Source of the DNA: Somniosus microcephalus
Lineage: Eukaryota
DNA length: 64,000 nt
Assembly: GCA_052327205.1 (NCBI GenBank)
Contig: CM126215.1
Location: 109,120,001 to 109,184,000 of the forward strand
Reading direction: 5' to 3'
Part shown: one piece after another, positions 1 through 12,115 of the stretch
How positions within the stretch are numbered: the stretch's first letter is position 1
Layout: each line of letters begins with the position of its first letter
Translations under genes and position numbers: made by a program
Notes under the pieces: generated by a model
Seen by the model: the letters and a program-made list of their open reading frames with translations, nothing else
Told to the model about the DNA's origin: nothing
The model's database searches: none

Positions 1-649
1 CGGGAGTCGGTGCAAGACCCACCGGTCCCCGCCACCAGTACAGTGAAGTTGCCCCGGCGCACTAAATGGTTTCACATCAATCAGTGCAAACTGTTTAAGC
101 CGGGTGCAAAAGAGCCAACAACCGAGGCCAGGTCTGAGGGTAAAGATCCTCAGCCTGAGGCGTGCAATAAGTCACAGACCACACAGGCTGGAACCGCAAC
201 CTGCTTGAGGGGAGAAGCTGTCCCGCCCACCTGGGAGGTTTCCCCATTGGCCTGGGACTCGGACGAGGAGGAGCCCGAAGACCAAGGCCCTCCTCCTGAT
301 CCGAACGCCATCGGGGGGGGAGCCCGAACAGCTAGGCCCCGCCCTTGACACGATTCTGGAGGAGGTGGAGTCGGAGGACGGAGATCCCGCCCTCGACTCA
401 AGTTTGAGGGAGGTAGAATTTGGGGGCGGAGATTCTCCACCTGTAGGGACAGGTAGGGAGAAGTCGTCTGCCACAGACCCAAATCCCAAAGGGGCGGAGC
501 CTGAGGGAAGGGAGCCGAAGCCGGCAGTCGTGGAGGAGCCATGGGCTGTGAGGGCTAAAGTCCCACCCAAAGGTCCACTCGCTAAGGGAGCCTCACCAAA
601 GGTACCCCCTCGCAGTTCGGCTCGGACGCCTCAGCCAAGGAAACTCTGA
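1..649 (+). pseudogene. pol: ERV pol C-terminus (integrase tail) with acidic/Pro-rich extension, frameshifted at G8 run 313-320
   Basis: VKLPRRTKWFHINQCKLF resembles the WxHxxxxK end of integrases; the acidic tract continues in the next frame (EPEQLGPALDTILEEVESED) after the G run. Confidence 0.55.
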
Positions 650-802
650 CCAGATTCCCCCTACGTCAGCAGACACCGACTTGGCAAACCCCTGGAAAAA
701 CGCAGTCCCCAATTGGCAGCAAAAGGCTGCGAGGGACCCAAGCTACAGGTCAGTGCAGCCCCGCCACAGGGAGCGGTGAGCTGCAGTCCAAACAGGGATT
801 AG

Positions 803-3169
803 GCAAGCCGCCCGGGGACGGGCGGCGCTGTACATAAGTTAAGTTTAAGTTTATGTAGCTGGGCCTATCGGGGCCACACCAAGGACTCCATAGTTTATGG
901 ATGTTCCGGAGACACAGCCCCCATCGCGACCGATGGGATGGGAAGACGTGACGTCGAGGAGACAGCCACCTATTTCCACGAAGGGAGGTGGCCAGGATGG
1001 CTGGGGTCGAACTCTACGGAATACTCCAGCCAGTTCGGTTTTAAGTACAGAGAGACTTCTCTAATGTGTCCCAGGGTGAGGATCACCGCACCCAGAGCCA
1101 GCGTCACTGTCGGGAAGAAGATCTGTTTAGAATGTACGGGACATGTTCCTTTGGACTGATGGTGGTGGTTGCGCAAGTTGAGCAAAACCATGAAGAACTC
1201 CACGGTCGAGTGGGAGAGACTGGGTAACAATACCCATCGGACTATTACGGGGACTCATGGGGGATTGAGTGTCTGTTGGGACAAATGGTGGGAACCAGAT
1301 GAGGGGATTTACATCTGTATGTGGGGTTCAGAACGCGTCTGCCCCACAGGCGTCTCCATCTTTTTCCAAAGGCAATGGCAGGATGCTGGGAAAGGGATGA
1401 GGTGGGACGTCAGCACATGGGCGTGCGGAGTCCCATACTCTCAGATCCCAGTAAACGCCACTGAGCTCATCACCCGCCCCCGCAAGCCCCTGCCCACGAT
1501 TCCGGTAGCCAAAGCCCGCAAGGAAGGGTGCCCCACCACTACCAAAGGACCCGGGAACGGATTGGTATTAGTGCCCACAGGTCAGGTGCTATACCAAGGG
1601 GTGCACTACGCGGTGGCCTCGGTGATTTTAAACCTCACCGAGATGCGATTGCCAGAGTGGTGCCCCGAGGAAACGGAGCAATTGTACCAGGTCCTGTTAA
1701 CAAACATGTTCAGACAGTTTTATGAATTTGACTTTGCAGATGTAGACATAGCCGGGTTGTACACCACACCACATGAGGTTTTGGACAGGGTAGGGAGAAA
1801 AAGAAGGGGTACAGTAAATGATATTTTTACAGCTTTTAACACAGGGACTTCTGTCATCAACACTCTGGATGATGTGCAGCTGCAGACCCAGATCAATGAT
1901 TTAAAAGGGCGGTGAAGAAAGATACTGACGGATGAGAATAAGGTAGTGGGTTCTGAGTTACATGAGGACCAGGCCATGACACTACACTTAAAAGAAATTA
2001 TAGCTGAGCTGGAGAGACACGCTAAAACGGTACATGCTCTCATCAGGGAGGATCGGAATGCGTCAGATCAGGCTGCACAGAACGAGGCGTGCGTGCTGTA
2101 TGGGGCGTGGTTACTGGGTGAGGGCCGCAGTAATCTGGAGGATTTAAAACAAGGTTTGGCCCCCTCCTGGATCAGCAACAAGCACCTCGCAGCCCTCCAC
2201 CCTTTTGAGAACGCATTGAGTCCGTGCCAGCTCAGACTAGCTTCAGAGGTCTACCCAGTCCCAGTGGACTGTGGACGGTCTAATGACACCATCATAGGTA
2301 TAGTGGTAAGAATGCCGGTGATGGGAAAGACAGCTAAACCCGCCCCGGTATACAGGGTGGAGAACATTGGAGTCATTCAAGGGGGTGCACACATTCGCTA
2401 TACAGCGGTCCCACCGTACGTCATTCGATGGGAGCATGCAATGACGGGTACCGACCTCTCGGGGTGCCGGAGCCGGGGAGCACACATCATCCTGTGTCCC
2501 CAGCACTTGAATGCCTATTCGAAACCACAGTGTGGGTTCAGAACTGCTGGCGCGAAGCCTATAAATTGCACCATGGAGGCAATGGCACAAGGCCATGTGC
2601 CCCCGCAGGTGGCATATATAGGAGGTGGGACATACTGTGTCACCACTGCAGCACCCCACTACCAACATGGACAGCACGGCTGGTGTCCGGTGAGTGACAG
2701 CAGTTTCTGCTTCAAACCCAAGGCAGAAGTTCAAGTGGCCCAAGAGCGAATTGTCCCCATTCCTGAACCTTCCACTGTTCACCTCACTGTCAAAGAGAAT
2801 TTCACCGATCTGCAATGATTCGTTGCACGTTTTGGGTATATCATTCCCCCTCTCCCTGAACACCTCACCAAGATACTAAAAGCCGTTGTCGTTTCACAGA
2901 AACATTTTTACACGCTGGAGCAGAAGACGTTAGAAATAGGGGCAGACATACTAGATATAGTGACCCCACAGTGGTGGGATCTGTTCACTAGTATAGAAGT
3001 CCCTTCTTGGATTAGGATAGCCTCCCACATTCTTGTAGTGTGCCAGATTGTCATTGTAGTTTATTTACTGTTTGTACACTGTAAAATGGTCAGGCATTCG
3101 CAGAAGTATGAGAACAGAGGAGAATGGAGGGAGCATTATGTATGGGTAGATGAGGAGACACCCGTTTAG
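803..3169 (+). pseudogene. env: ERV envelope (class I fusion glycoprotein) pseudogene
   Basis: ORFs 938-1159, 1169-1915, 1946-2818 and 2960-3169 are all in one frame, separated by TGA stops at 1157, 1913 and 2816; RKRR furin site 1796-1807; heptad-like and Cys-rich regions; hydrophobic TM near 3008-3082; true start not resolved. Confidence 0.85.
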
Positions 3170-3558
3170 ATTTTTGCTGCTATGTATAAAGTTAAAGTTT
3201 CCCTCCCTCCTCTATGTTTGATGGTTGTTCATGTGTAATTTTGTGTGTACTTTATTTTTATTATTGAAGTTCATTAAGTGAGTTGTTGTTAATAAAAGAT
3301 AATATGTACGAACCAGGTGGTGTAGGGGTATTAGGCCCCCCTCGACGCCTGGAAATGAATGTGTCAGGTTTTAAATCCAATGTATTGCCATCTATAGATG
3401 CTTAATGTACACTGTAGGTTTTCTGAAATGGGAAATACATGTGTCGTGGGATCATAGATAGGTAATTACAGGGGATGGTTTGATTGTGGAGAGTCAGAAA
3501 ATTTTGCTCACCCAGAATTATGATACTTCAAGCAAGTTATGGTATCATCAGGGGGGAC

Positions 3559-4998
3559 TGTAAGATTTGCAAAATTAATATTGTCAGATAAGGGTCCTTT
3601 GGCAGAAGAGGCCTTTACTTTTAAAAACTGTTTAAAAGAAGCCCAGAAAAGGGGCATACAAAATGGCCGCCAGACCCCGTGACTAGCTTTTGGACACTTT
3701 AAAATGGTTCCTGCAGTCCCCAGACAGCCTTTCTGGATTCAGCCCACAGTAAGTTCTGGAAGGCCATTTCGGAGAAAACAAAACCAGACAGAACCACATA
3801 CATATGGATTGGATGCAGATCCAGTCAGATCGGCCTGTAGATAAAGGCCATCTAAATGTTTACCCAGCCAAAGGGAAACAGTTTTATATTCATAAGGGGA
3901 GCATCAAAGACCCATTAAAGACATCAAGAAGACATTCAAAACAATACAAGGTCATTCCAGACCAGAGATGGCCATCACCGGCCATCCCGAAAGCAGTTTA
4001 AATATAATAACTACCCTGTTGCGATACAAGCCCGCCAAAAGTTAAACAAAGACTAACCTTGATTTGGCAGGAGATAATTGCTTCTTTGAGAAGTATAACT
4101 GGAGTCCCGGGGTAGCCATCGGTAGCTTTTGCAGCTTTTGCTTTTACTTCATGCAGCTTTTTGGAGCTTGGAGCTTTTACAGCTTTCGGTAGCCAGCGTG
4201 TTCTTTTAAGAGCCATGGAGGAACGTCGATGCAGAGACCAAGAAGGTGATTCGAGTCTACGTCCCGCCCCGGGGTAACCATCGGGAGATCATCGACAAAC
4301 CCTGGGCCGTTGACGAGACAAAGGACAGCAGCCCTACAGAAGAAATCTAGCTGAAAATGGTAATCAGCTAGGCTCTGCGAAGAGACCTCTTTAACCATGG
4401 TCAAACAGGTGGTCGCCGTCCCCACCGACGTCCAGGCTTGCCAGTGTCCAGCCTGTCCATGACCTTCACCTCGAGGAAGAAGAGAGAGTGTCGCAGCCCG
4501 CAGCATTGACCACGTGGAGACAGGACGCCTGAAAGGATCAAAACGCAGACCTGTTTCAAAACTCTATACTTTCCAACTGGATTGGTGAGCATGTTTCTGG
4601 CCCCTCACAATCTGATCTAGATAGGGTGGGCATTTAAGGGGTAATTTTAACAATGAGTTGTTGTCCCTCGATGTTCCGTGTGCTTCCCCATTTCATGATG
4701 ACTTTTGTAAAGTATAATATGCCTGTATCTATCTCAGTTAGTAATGTATTATGAATTTGTTTTTCCCTCCCATGTACCTTTTATTGACTTGCATTTGATT
4801 TGTTTTTCTCTATGCAATAAAATTTCATTTCATTTCCATTAAACCTGGCCTATCGAGTATTCTCTACATTGTAGTTCCTGCATCAAAGTCCAGTGTCTAG
4901 AACCTAAGGGGCGAGTGGGTCGAACCACTCAAGGTTTTACTGTGCAAGAGAGAGAGGCCTCTAGAGGGAGAAACCTCTGCGATCGAAAACTCCTTACA
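3559..4998 (+). repeat. ERV 3' LTR (1440 bp)
   Basis: Starts TGTAAG right after the PPT, ends CTTACA (6-bp inverted termini); AATAAA at 4816-4821; CR1 sequence resumes after 4998. Confidence 0.8.
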
Positions 4999-5615
4999 AG
5001 ACCTCCATCAGGTCATCCCTCAATCTTCAAAGCTCCAATGAAGAAAGTCCCAATTTCTTAAATCTCTCTTCATAAATGTGACTTCACATCCCTGCTAACA
5101 TCCCAGTGAATCTGCTCTATATCTTTCTTATTGCTCTTATATTCTTTATATAAGGTGCCCTACACAACACTCCACTGGTGCCCCTATTAAGGCCGTGCAC
5201 ATGTTCAATATAACCTTCTTGCTTTTGTATTCTACATCTCTGGATACAAAACAAAAGATCCCATTTGCCTTTTTAATGGCCTTATCTACTTGCACTGTCA
5301 TCTTCAGTGACCTGTGTATCTGCATATCAAGGATCATCTGCTTCTCTACTAAATTTAAAATCTTACCATTTAAGGTGCATGTCCTTCCTCTATTCTTACT
5401 TTCAAAATGCATGACTTCACATTTCTCAACTTTGAACTGTATCTGCCACATATCTGCCTAACCTGCTAGCCTATCTATGTCCTCCTGCAGTCTTCAACAT
5501 GATTTGCCATACCCCAGATTGGTGTTGGAAGCAAATTGTGATATTGTTCCCTCATTTTCTAAGTCCAGATTATTTATGTAAATAGTAAATAACAGCAGCC
5601 TCAATAAAGATCGTT
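4999..5615 (-). mobile_element. Degraded CR1 LINE ORF2 fragment (ERV integration target)
   Basis: WQIQFKVEKCEVMHF and VDKAIKKANG are CR1 RT C-terminal motifs. Confidence 0.75.
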
Positions 5616-6779
5616 GTAAGTACGTGTCTTTATTACAGCTACCACTGCTCCCTTTATTCTTTTTCTATCCTTTCTGAAATGATGGAAATACCCAGGACTA
5701 CTTCAATGTCAATCCTGACCCAGCTGCAGATGCATTGCAATTATCACTATTATGTTGTGCTTTTCCATTTTAATCAATAAGTCTAATTTCCCAATGTTGC
5801 TTCTTGTACTCTGTGCATTAACATATATACATTTTTGTTTTGATTCCCTTTGTTTAGCAATTTCTTTTTTTGCCTTCCTCTATCCTGATTTTTTCTTTTT
5901 TATTATCTTATCTTGTTTAACCTCTTTTAATCTATTTAACTCCTTATTTCCTATACAACTAAAGTCTACTTTCCTTTCCAAGCTGCCCACTCTACTTTCT
6001 AGCTTTTCCCTTGTCCCTGCTAGTTTAAACACTGCCGCACAGCTTCAGTTAATCTCCCTGTGAGAATATAGGCCCCAGCAGGTTGTCCCATCGGCACAGC
6101 TCACTCCTACCAATGCCCTAGGAATCAGAACCCTTCCTGAGCTTAATCTGGAGGGGTTGGGTGGTACAGCTTGGCGATATCATCAAGTTATGATCTCAGC
6201 TAAACCTGAATCTATGCCAAAAAGCAGGCATAAATGTCTCATTCAAACTTGCATTTTGAATCATCATTAACATATAGTTCATGCTGAAACCTAGTTTAAT
6301 ATTACAGTGCCTGTATATTTCAGCAATAATAAATAGTTAAACTGTGTGTGGCGACGTATTGTTTACAGATCGCTCATAAAACTTTCACCCTTGACTTGCC
6401 CTTCTGGTTCTTGAGAACAGTTACTGTAAACTAACAAAAATGTTTAAAGTTAGAGTTAACCATTTCTCTCCCAGACAGAAACCAGCTGTTGGTTTGCAGT
6501 TCGATATAGCAAAATGCCTCGACTCTGTAAATGAGAAAGAGGTCAACTGAAATCATACTGCAACATAGAGAGGAATGGAGCAGTGTAAACTGGTTCTATT
6601 ATCTCCTGGAGCCTCAAGCTGCTCAATGGTGCAAAGTTTCCCCTGATGGCCCAGCTAGTTTAGACATTGAAAGAAAGACTCGCAATTGTATAAAGCTTTT
6701 TCACATCCCTCAGAAACATCCGACAATGTTGGTAATACAGTGACTACGTTAAAATGCAGTCAGTCTTGTTATATAGGCT

Positions 6780-7147
6780 AATTAAAGGTTTTGATAGAGT
6801 AGATACAGAGAGAGTGTTTCCACTTGTGGGGAAGAGCAAAACCAGAGGTCATTAATATAAGATAGTCACCAAGAAATCCAATAGGGAATTCAGAAGAAAC
6901 TTCTTTACCCAGAGTGTGGTGAAAATGTGGAACTCGCTACCACAGGGAGTGGTTGAGGCGAATAGTATAGATGCATTTAAGGGGAGGGCTAGATAAGCAT
7001 ATGAGGGAGAAGGGAATAGAGGGTTATGCTGATAGAGTTAGATGAGGAAAGACAGGAGGAGGCTCAGGTGGAGCATAAACGCTGGCATGGACAGATTGGG
7101 CTGAATGGCCTGTTTCTGAGCTGTATATCCGATGTAATCCTATGTAT
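6780..7147 (+). mobile_element. CR1 LINE 3' end
   Basis: RRNFFTQSVVKMWNSLPQ-type coding remnant followed by CR1 3' UTR and short tandem tail. Confidence 0.75.
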
Positions 7148-7765
7148 ACAGCCCAAGAAAGCCCTATGTTTGATGCCTTGTCTATGTTAAGTTGGCTGAT
7201 CGCAGCTGAAACAGCAGTAGGGCCATTACAATTACCTTCAGCGTCCCAGCTTTAGGGAAGGAAAAATCTGCCAGCATTAGCAATCCCTGCTGGAAGTACT
7301 GGGCAAATCCGATCAGGGTCAGGTTTCTTCTGGGTCTCCTCTCCTCCTCTAGCCTAATAGTTTTCTCACACTCCCCGTCAAGCCTCACACATGAATCATG
7401 GCCACTTGAACAAATACCAGAGGACATCCCGCCTTCATGGGCTGTATGTAACCCTAGCAAGGAGTTAATTTCTTCAGGAAAAGGACGGAAATTTTTTTGG
7501 CTCACAGACACTTAATGGCTACTTGAGTGAGGTCCACAGGCCTGCTAACACCAGTGGAACTCTGGCCCTGTATGAGCTGAGTTGATGTAGGAACAGAAAG
7601 GCAGGAAATTAGAAGAAAAAAAATGAAATAAGTTAAATTATATTAAGACTTTTGTAAGTGCCATCCACATTCTTTTGAGCTTTTAAAAGAAACAAATGCT
7701 GCTTCGCCCCCGCAACATTCCTCTATGCTAATGTCTAGTTAAAAACAATGCCAGCAAAGCAGATA

Positions 7766-8652
7766 GGGGGAAAAATTCAGTTGGTTTGTGCCTCCCGTTA
7801 GCGCCTTAAGAGGGCGCTAATGGATCACAAAGCAACTAGCGCCTGCGTGCGGCGATATTTGCGCCGCTCACAAAATTAACTAGACATTTTGCGGCAGCGC
7901 TAAACACTACCGCCCCGATCTCCTGCTCCGGCAGATCGTGATGTCAGTCGAGTGTGCAACGCCCCGGTAGCGCCCCGGACCGGATATTGAGTGGCGCCCG
8001 TGTCTTACCGCCTGCCGCTAGCAACGACAGGTTGAGGGGAGCGTTTTGCAGTCAGGAAGGGACTGGGGGAGCGCTATTTAAAGGCGACCGCTTCCTGCCT
8101 TTTTCTGTTGGTGACATTTTTGCACCATGCATTCTGAGAGAGAGAGACTTCTGGAGAGATTCAACGCTGTGTGAAGGAGTTTTGGGTACTGAGCAGCACT
8201 TTGCAGGTTCATTTTGATTTGCCCTTCCTTGTATCGATTTAGAAGAGACTGTGGGGGCTGCACTCTGAGCTCTTTCCCTGGGTCTCTCCATTGTTCTTTC
8301 CAGCAGATTTGATGTACAGGTCTCTCCAGGCCGAGATTCAAGGCTGCAATGAGCAGGATGTGGATGGAGAGCAAGATCAACCCTCCCCTTTAAGAACTGG
8401 CTGGCGCCAATGTGTCTGTGTTCCATTGCTGACTAACATCACATGAGCTTCGCCAGCGCTCTGAGGTAGCGCCTCGCTCCTCGGCCTTTGCGCCTTAAGG
8501 CAGTTGTGAAGCGCCTGATTTAGCGCTCCAATCACCTCCAGGGGTGATAAAAGCTAAGTTTGCAGTCGGAGGCAATAATTAGCGCCAGGCGCTAATCTTT
8601 GCGCCCGGCCAATAATTGCGCCCCAAATGGGGCGATACTGAATTTCTCCCCC
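7766..8652. mobile_element. Non-autonomous Harbinger element (MITE), copy 1
   Basis: TIR GGGGGAAAAATTCAGT / ACTGAATTTCTCCCCC; 3-bp TSD ATA; close paralog at 53773-54654. Confidence 0.85.
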
Positions 8653-8899
8653 ATAAACTTTTGTCTCTGTATGGCTGAAAAGTTTATCAAAGATTCCCCC
8701 TTGTACGCACGTCTCATTCTATTGTCTGCCAACTCATGACTTTGACTACATCAGAGTTTAGAGTGAAGGGCCTCAAAATTCCAGTGACTGGGGAGAGTGG
8801 AGAGAAGGAGGATCGGCCACCAAGAGGTTGGGAAAGCATTCCTTGTGGCAAAGCTTCCCAGGCTTCAAGATCCCCCCGCCCCCGCACCCCCCCCCACCC

Positions 8900-9240
8900 G
8901 TGTAAAGACATTTCTCTTAACCTCTCTCTTTAGTGACAGGTTTAAATTGATGATCCCTTGTCACTGACATCTCAGCCAGGGGGAATAGTCTTTCCCTTTA
9001 CACAATCAAAATCCTTCATAATTTTAAACACCTCTATTAAAGCTCTTCCTGGCTTTTTCCTCTCTAATGGTTTTAGTCCCAGTATCTCAAATCTCTCCTT
9101 GTATAGTTTTCCATTGCTATAATCATCCTGGTGAATCTATGCTGTATGTTCTCCATGGTTTCATTTTTCTATATTGGGGCACCCAAAACTGCACACAGTA
9201 TTCTGGGTCCCAATCAATTTACAGATTTAACATTACTATC
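8900..9240 (-). mobile_element. Highly degraded CR1 fragment
   Basis: Remnant CCCAAAACTGCACACAGTATTC and ATTTTAAACACCTCTAT motifs match other CR1 copies in the window. Confidence 0.5.
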
Positions 9241-9358
9241 CTTAGGTCTCTCTATTCATCCACATCCTTCCGCATCTTTCCAGTAACTGTATAATCCCGT
9301 TCCTTGTTCCCTTCCCACCAACCCCACACTTAATGCACATTATTTAATTATGCACGGT

Positions 9359-9470
9359 GTTAGCTGTGGCTCACTGGGAGCACTCTCGCTGCTGAGTCAG
9401 AATGTTGTGGGTTCAAGTCCCACTCCAGAAACGTGAGCACATAATCTAGGCTGACACTTCAGTGCAGTAC
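9359..9470 (+). mobile_element. tRNA-derived head of a Deu-SINE (SacSINE1-like)
   Basis: AGCTGTGGCTCA...GGTTCAAGTCCCACTCCAG A/B boxes; matches the start of 22090-22558. Confidence 0.6.
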
Positions 9471-9596
9471 CTGCAGTGCACAGTTACATTGTTCAGGTAC
9501 AGATGCCTTGTTTCCCTGTGCAAGGCCATATATCTATTTCACCATGGAAAACACGCAGGAACACGAGAGATACCTGTACTTTTACCATCTTTTACC

Positions 9597-10090
9597 AAGG
9601 TTCGCCAGACTGGTTCCTGGGATGGGGGGGATTGTCCTATGAGGAGAGATTGAGTAGACTAGGCCTATATTCTCTGGAGTTTAGAAGAATGAGAGGCGAT
9701 CTCATTGAAACATACACAATTCTTACAGGGCTTGACAGGGTAGATGCAGGGAGGATGTTTCCCCTGGCTGGGGAGTCTAGAACCAGGGGTCACAGTCTCA
9801 AAAAAGGAGTCGGCCACTTAGGACTGAGATGAGGGGAAATTTCTTCATTCAGAGGGTGGTGAATCTTTGGAATTCTCTACCCCAGAGAGCTGTGGAGGCT
9901 CAGTCATTGAGTATATTCAAGACAGAGATCGATAGATTTTTGGATATTAAGGGAATCAAGGGATATGGGGATAGTGCAGGATAGTGGAGATGAGGTAGAA
10001 GATCAGCCATGATCTTATTGAATGGCAGAGCAGGCTCGAGGGGCCAAATGGCCGACTCCTGCTCCTACTTCTTATGTTCTTATGTTTCTT
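9597..10090 (+). mobile_element. CR1 LINE 3' end
   Basis: LSYEERLSRLGLYSLEFRRMRGDLIETY; tail of CTTATGTT repeats. Confidence 0.9.
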
Positions 10091-10130
10091 ATCTGGCTGG
10101 ATTCCCCATTGATGACATGAATATGGCCAT

Positions 10131-10358
10131 ATAGGAACATAATGAACAGGAGTAGGCCATTCAGCCCCTTGAGCCTGCTCCAACATTCAATTAGATTATG
10201 GCTGATTTGCACCACAACTCCATTTTCCCACCTTTGCTCCCTATTCCTTGATATCCTTACCTAACAAAAATCTATCCATCTCACTTTTGAAAACTCCAGT
10301 TGTGTTAGCATCCACTGCCTTTTGGGGGAAGAGTTCCAAATATCTACTACCCTTTGTA
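10131..10358 (-). mobile_element. CR1 LINE 3' tail
   Basis: AACAGGAGTAGGCCATTCAGCCC is the reverse CR1 3' UTR. Confidence 0.75.
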
Positions 10359-10877
10359 TCTTTGCCCACTTTAAATTTTGCATCACTGCTGAATTGATGT
10401 CAGTACTGCACTGGAAGGTGATTGCATGGACCTTTGGCACCTCATTTGGGGAAAGGCATCCAATTCCTAGTGGTATAATGATGGGAATATGTCTGTGTCT
10501 GGTGATGTCTGCATCTGAACCCTGCAGTCTAGAGGTGAATGTCTGTTGCTTTTGCATCAACCTTGTTAGATTTGAAGTTTGAATTTGAATTTAAAGCTTG
10601 AATTCAGATTCAGATAATCTGAATTTCAAAATGTTCTTACTGAAAAGGAAATGCATACTGATTATTTTTTAAAAAAATGGACCATTTGTGTTCATAACGC
10701 TGCTACAGAATTCAACATTTTGGAGTGGGGCGATGAGTGATTTTTCACTGCTGGGATCTGGCAAAAAACCTAAGGCCAGACAGATAGAGGACAGTCTTTT
10801 CCCTCAATGGTTATTAAAACTCTTCAACAAAAGGAGATTGGGTCAAACCAAAGCCAATTCAAAATTAATTTGAGTCC

Positions 10878-11296
10878 ATATTGGGGTTGTTTTCGTTAGA
10901 ACTGAGGAGATTAGAGGGCAATTTAATAAAGGTTTTTAAAATTATGAAGGGATGGGACAGGGTAGATAGAAACAGACTGATTCCAGTGGTTGAGGGTTTA
11001 GAACTTGGGGACAAAACATGATTAAAAGTTAGAGATTTAGGACAGAGAGTAGGATGAACTTTTCTGTACATGTATGCAGGGTTGTGAGGATGCAGATTGC
11101 ACAGTGATTGCAGCAGAGACCATATCAACATTTAAGAATAGGTTATAAAGGTGGCTGAAGGAAGGGAGGGTTAAATCAATATGGGTAAGAATATTGGATC
11201 AGAACCACAAAATGCATGGAAGATAAACACTAACACGGACTGGTTGAGCTGAATGGCCCCTTACCATGTTATAATTTCTCTGTAATTCTATGTAAT
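10878..11296 (+). mobile_element. Old CR1 LINE 3' end
   Basis: Degraded GLFSLELRRLRG / GWDRVD remnant with a CTATGTAAT-type tail. Confidence 0.6.
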
Positions 11297-11459
11297 GTCA
11301 GAAAATTGTTGGCAACAGTGAATCATTTGGGAAATATCCTCCAGAAAGTGTAAAATTGGAAATGCCACATTGGTACAGTGTGGGGGCAAGGGTGGAATTA
11401 GTGCAGAGACAGACCTTCCATGCATCTCACCCATCTTTTACGCAACCAAGGAATACTTA

Positions 11460-12115
11460 ATAACAACAGAAGACGCTGGAAAAACTCAGCAGGCCAGGCA
11501 ACATCCGTGGAGAGAGAAATAGAGTCAACATTTCAGGTCGAAACCCTTCTTCAGAACTGAGAAAAAAAGTCAGGAAATGAAACAGATTAAAAGGCAGTTT
11601 GGGGGCTGGGAAATGGGGGAGGGGATGAAAGAAGAGACATTAAGAGATATTCGAGGTGAGACGAGGTGGTAATAGGACAGATAAAGAAACAAACAATGGC
11701 TCTAGATGAAGTGTGAAATGCGCTGGCAGAGTGAGAGACAGCTGCCGTGTGGGAGAGAGAAAAAAAAGGAAAAGGCACAAACCAAAAGTGTGGATAAAAA
11801 ATATGAAAATATAATAGGGGCCGAGGTTATGATCTGAAATTGTTGAACTCGATATCGAGTCCGGAAGGCTGCAAAGTGCCTAATCGGAAGATGAGGTGCT
11901 GTTCCTCGAGCTTACGCTGAGCTTCCGTGGAACAATGCAAGAGGCCGCGGACGGTGAGGTCCGAGTGGGAATGGAGCGGTGAATTGAAATGACAGGCGAC
12001 CGGAAGCTCGGGGTCACCCTTACGGACTGAACGGAGGTGTTCCACAAAGCGGTCACCCAATCTGCGTTCGGTCTCCCCAATGTAGAAGAGACCACATCGT
12101 GAGCAAGGAATACTT
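11460..12115 (-). mobile_element. Penelope-like retroelement 3' fragment (GIY-YIG endonuclease plus pseudo-LTR tail)
   Basis: CSRCGLFYIGETERRLGDRFVEH...VACHFN...EQHLIFRLGTLQPSGLD at 11827-12110; hammerhead-like core at 11531-11554. Confidence 0.9.

Larger units (their letters stand above)
1..4998 (+). mobile_element. Endogenous retrovirus, 3' part (end of pol, env pseudogene, PPT, 3' LTR); spuma/lokiretrovirus-like
   Basis: Integrase C-terminal motif KWFHINQCK; env with furin site and TM helix; polypurine tract AGGGGGGA 3550-3557; LTR bounded by TGTAAG...CTTACA. Confidence 0.8.
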
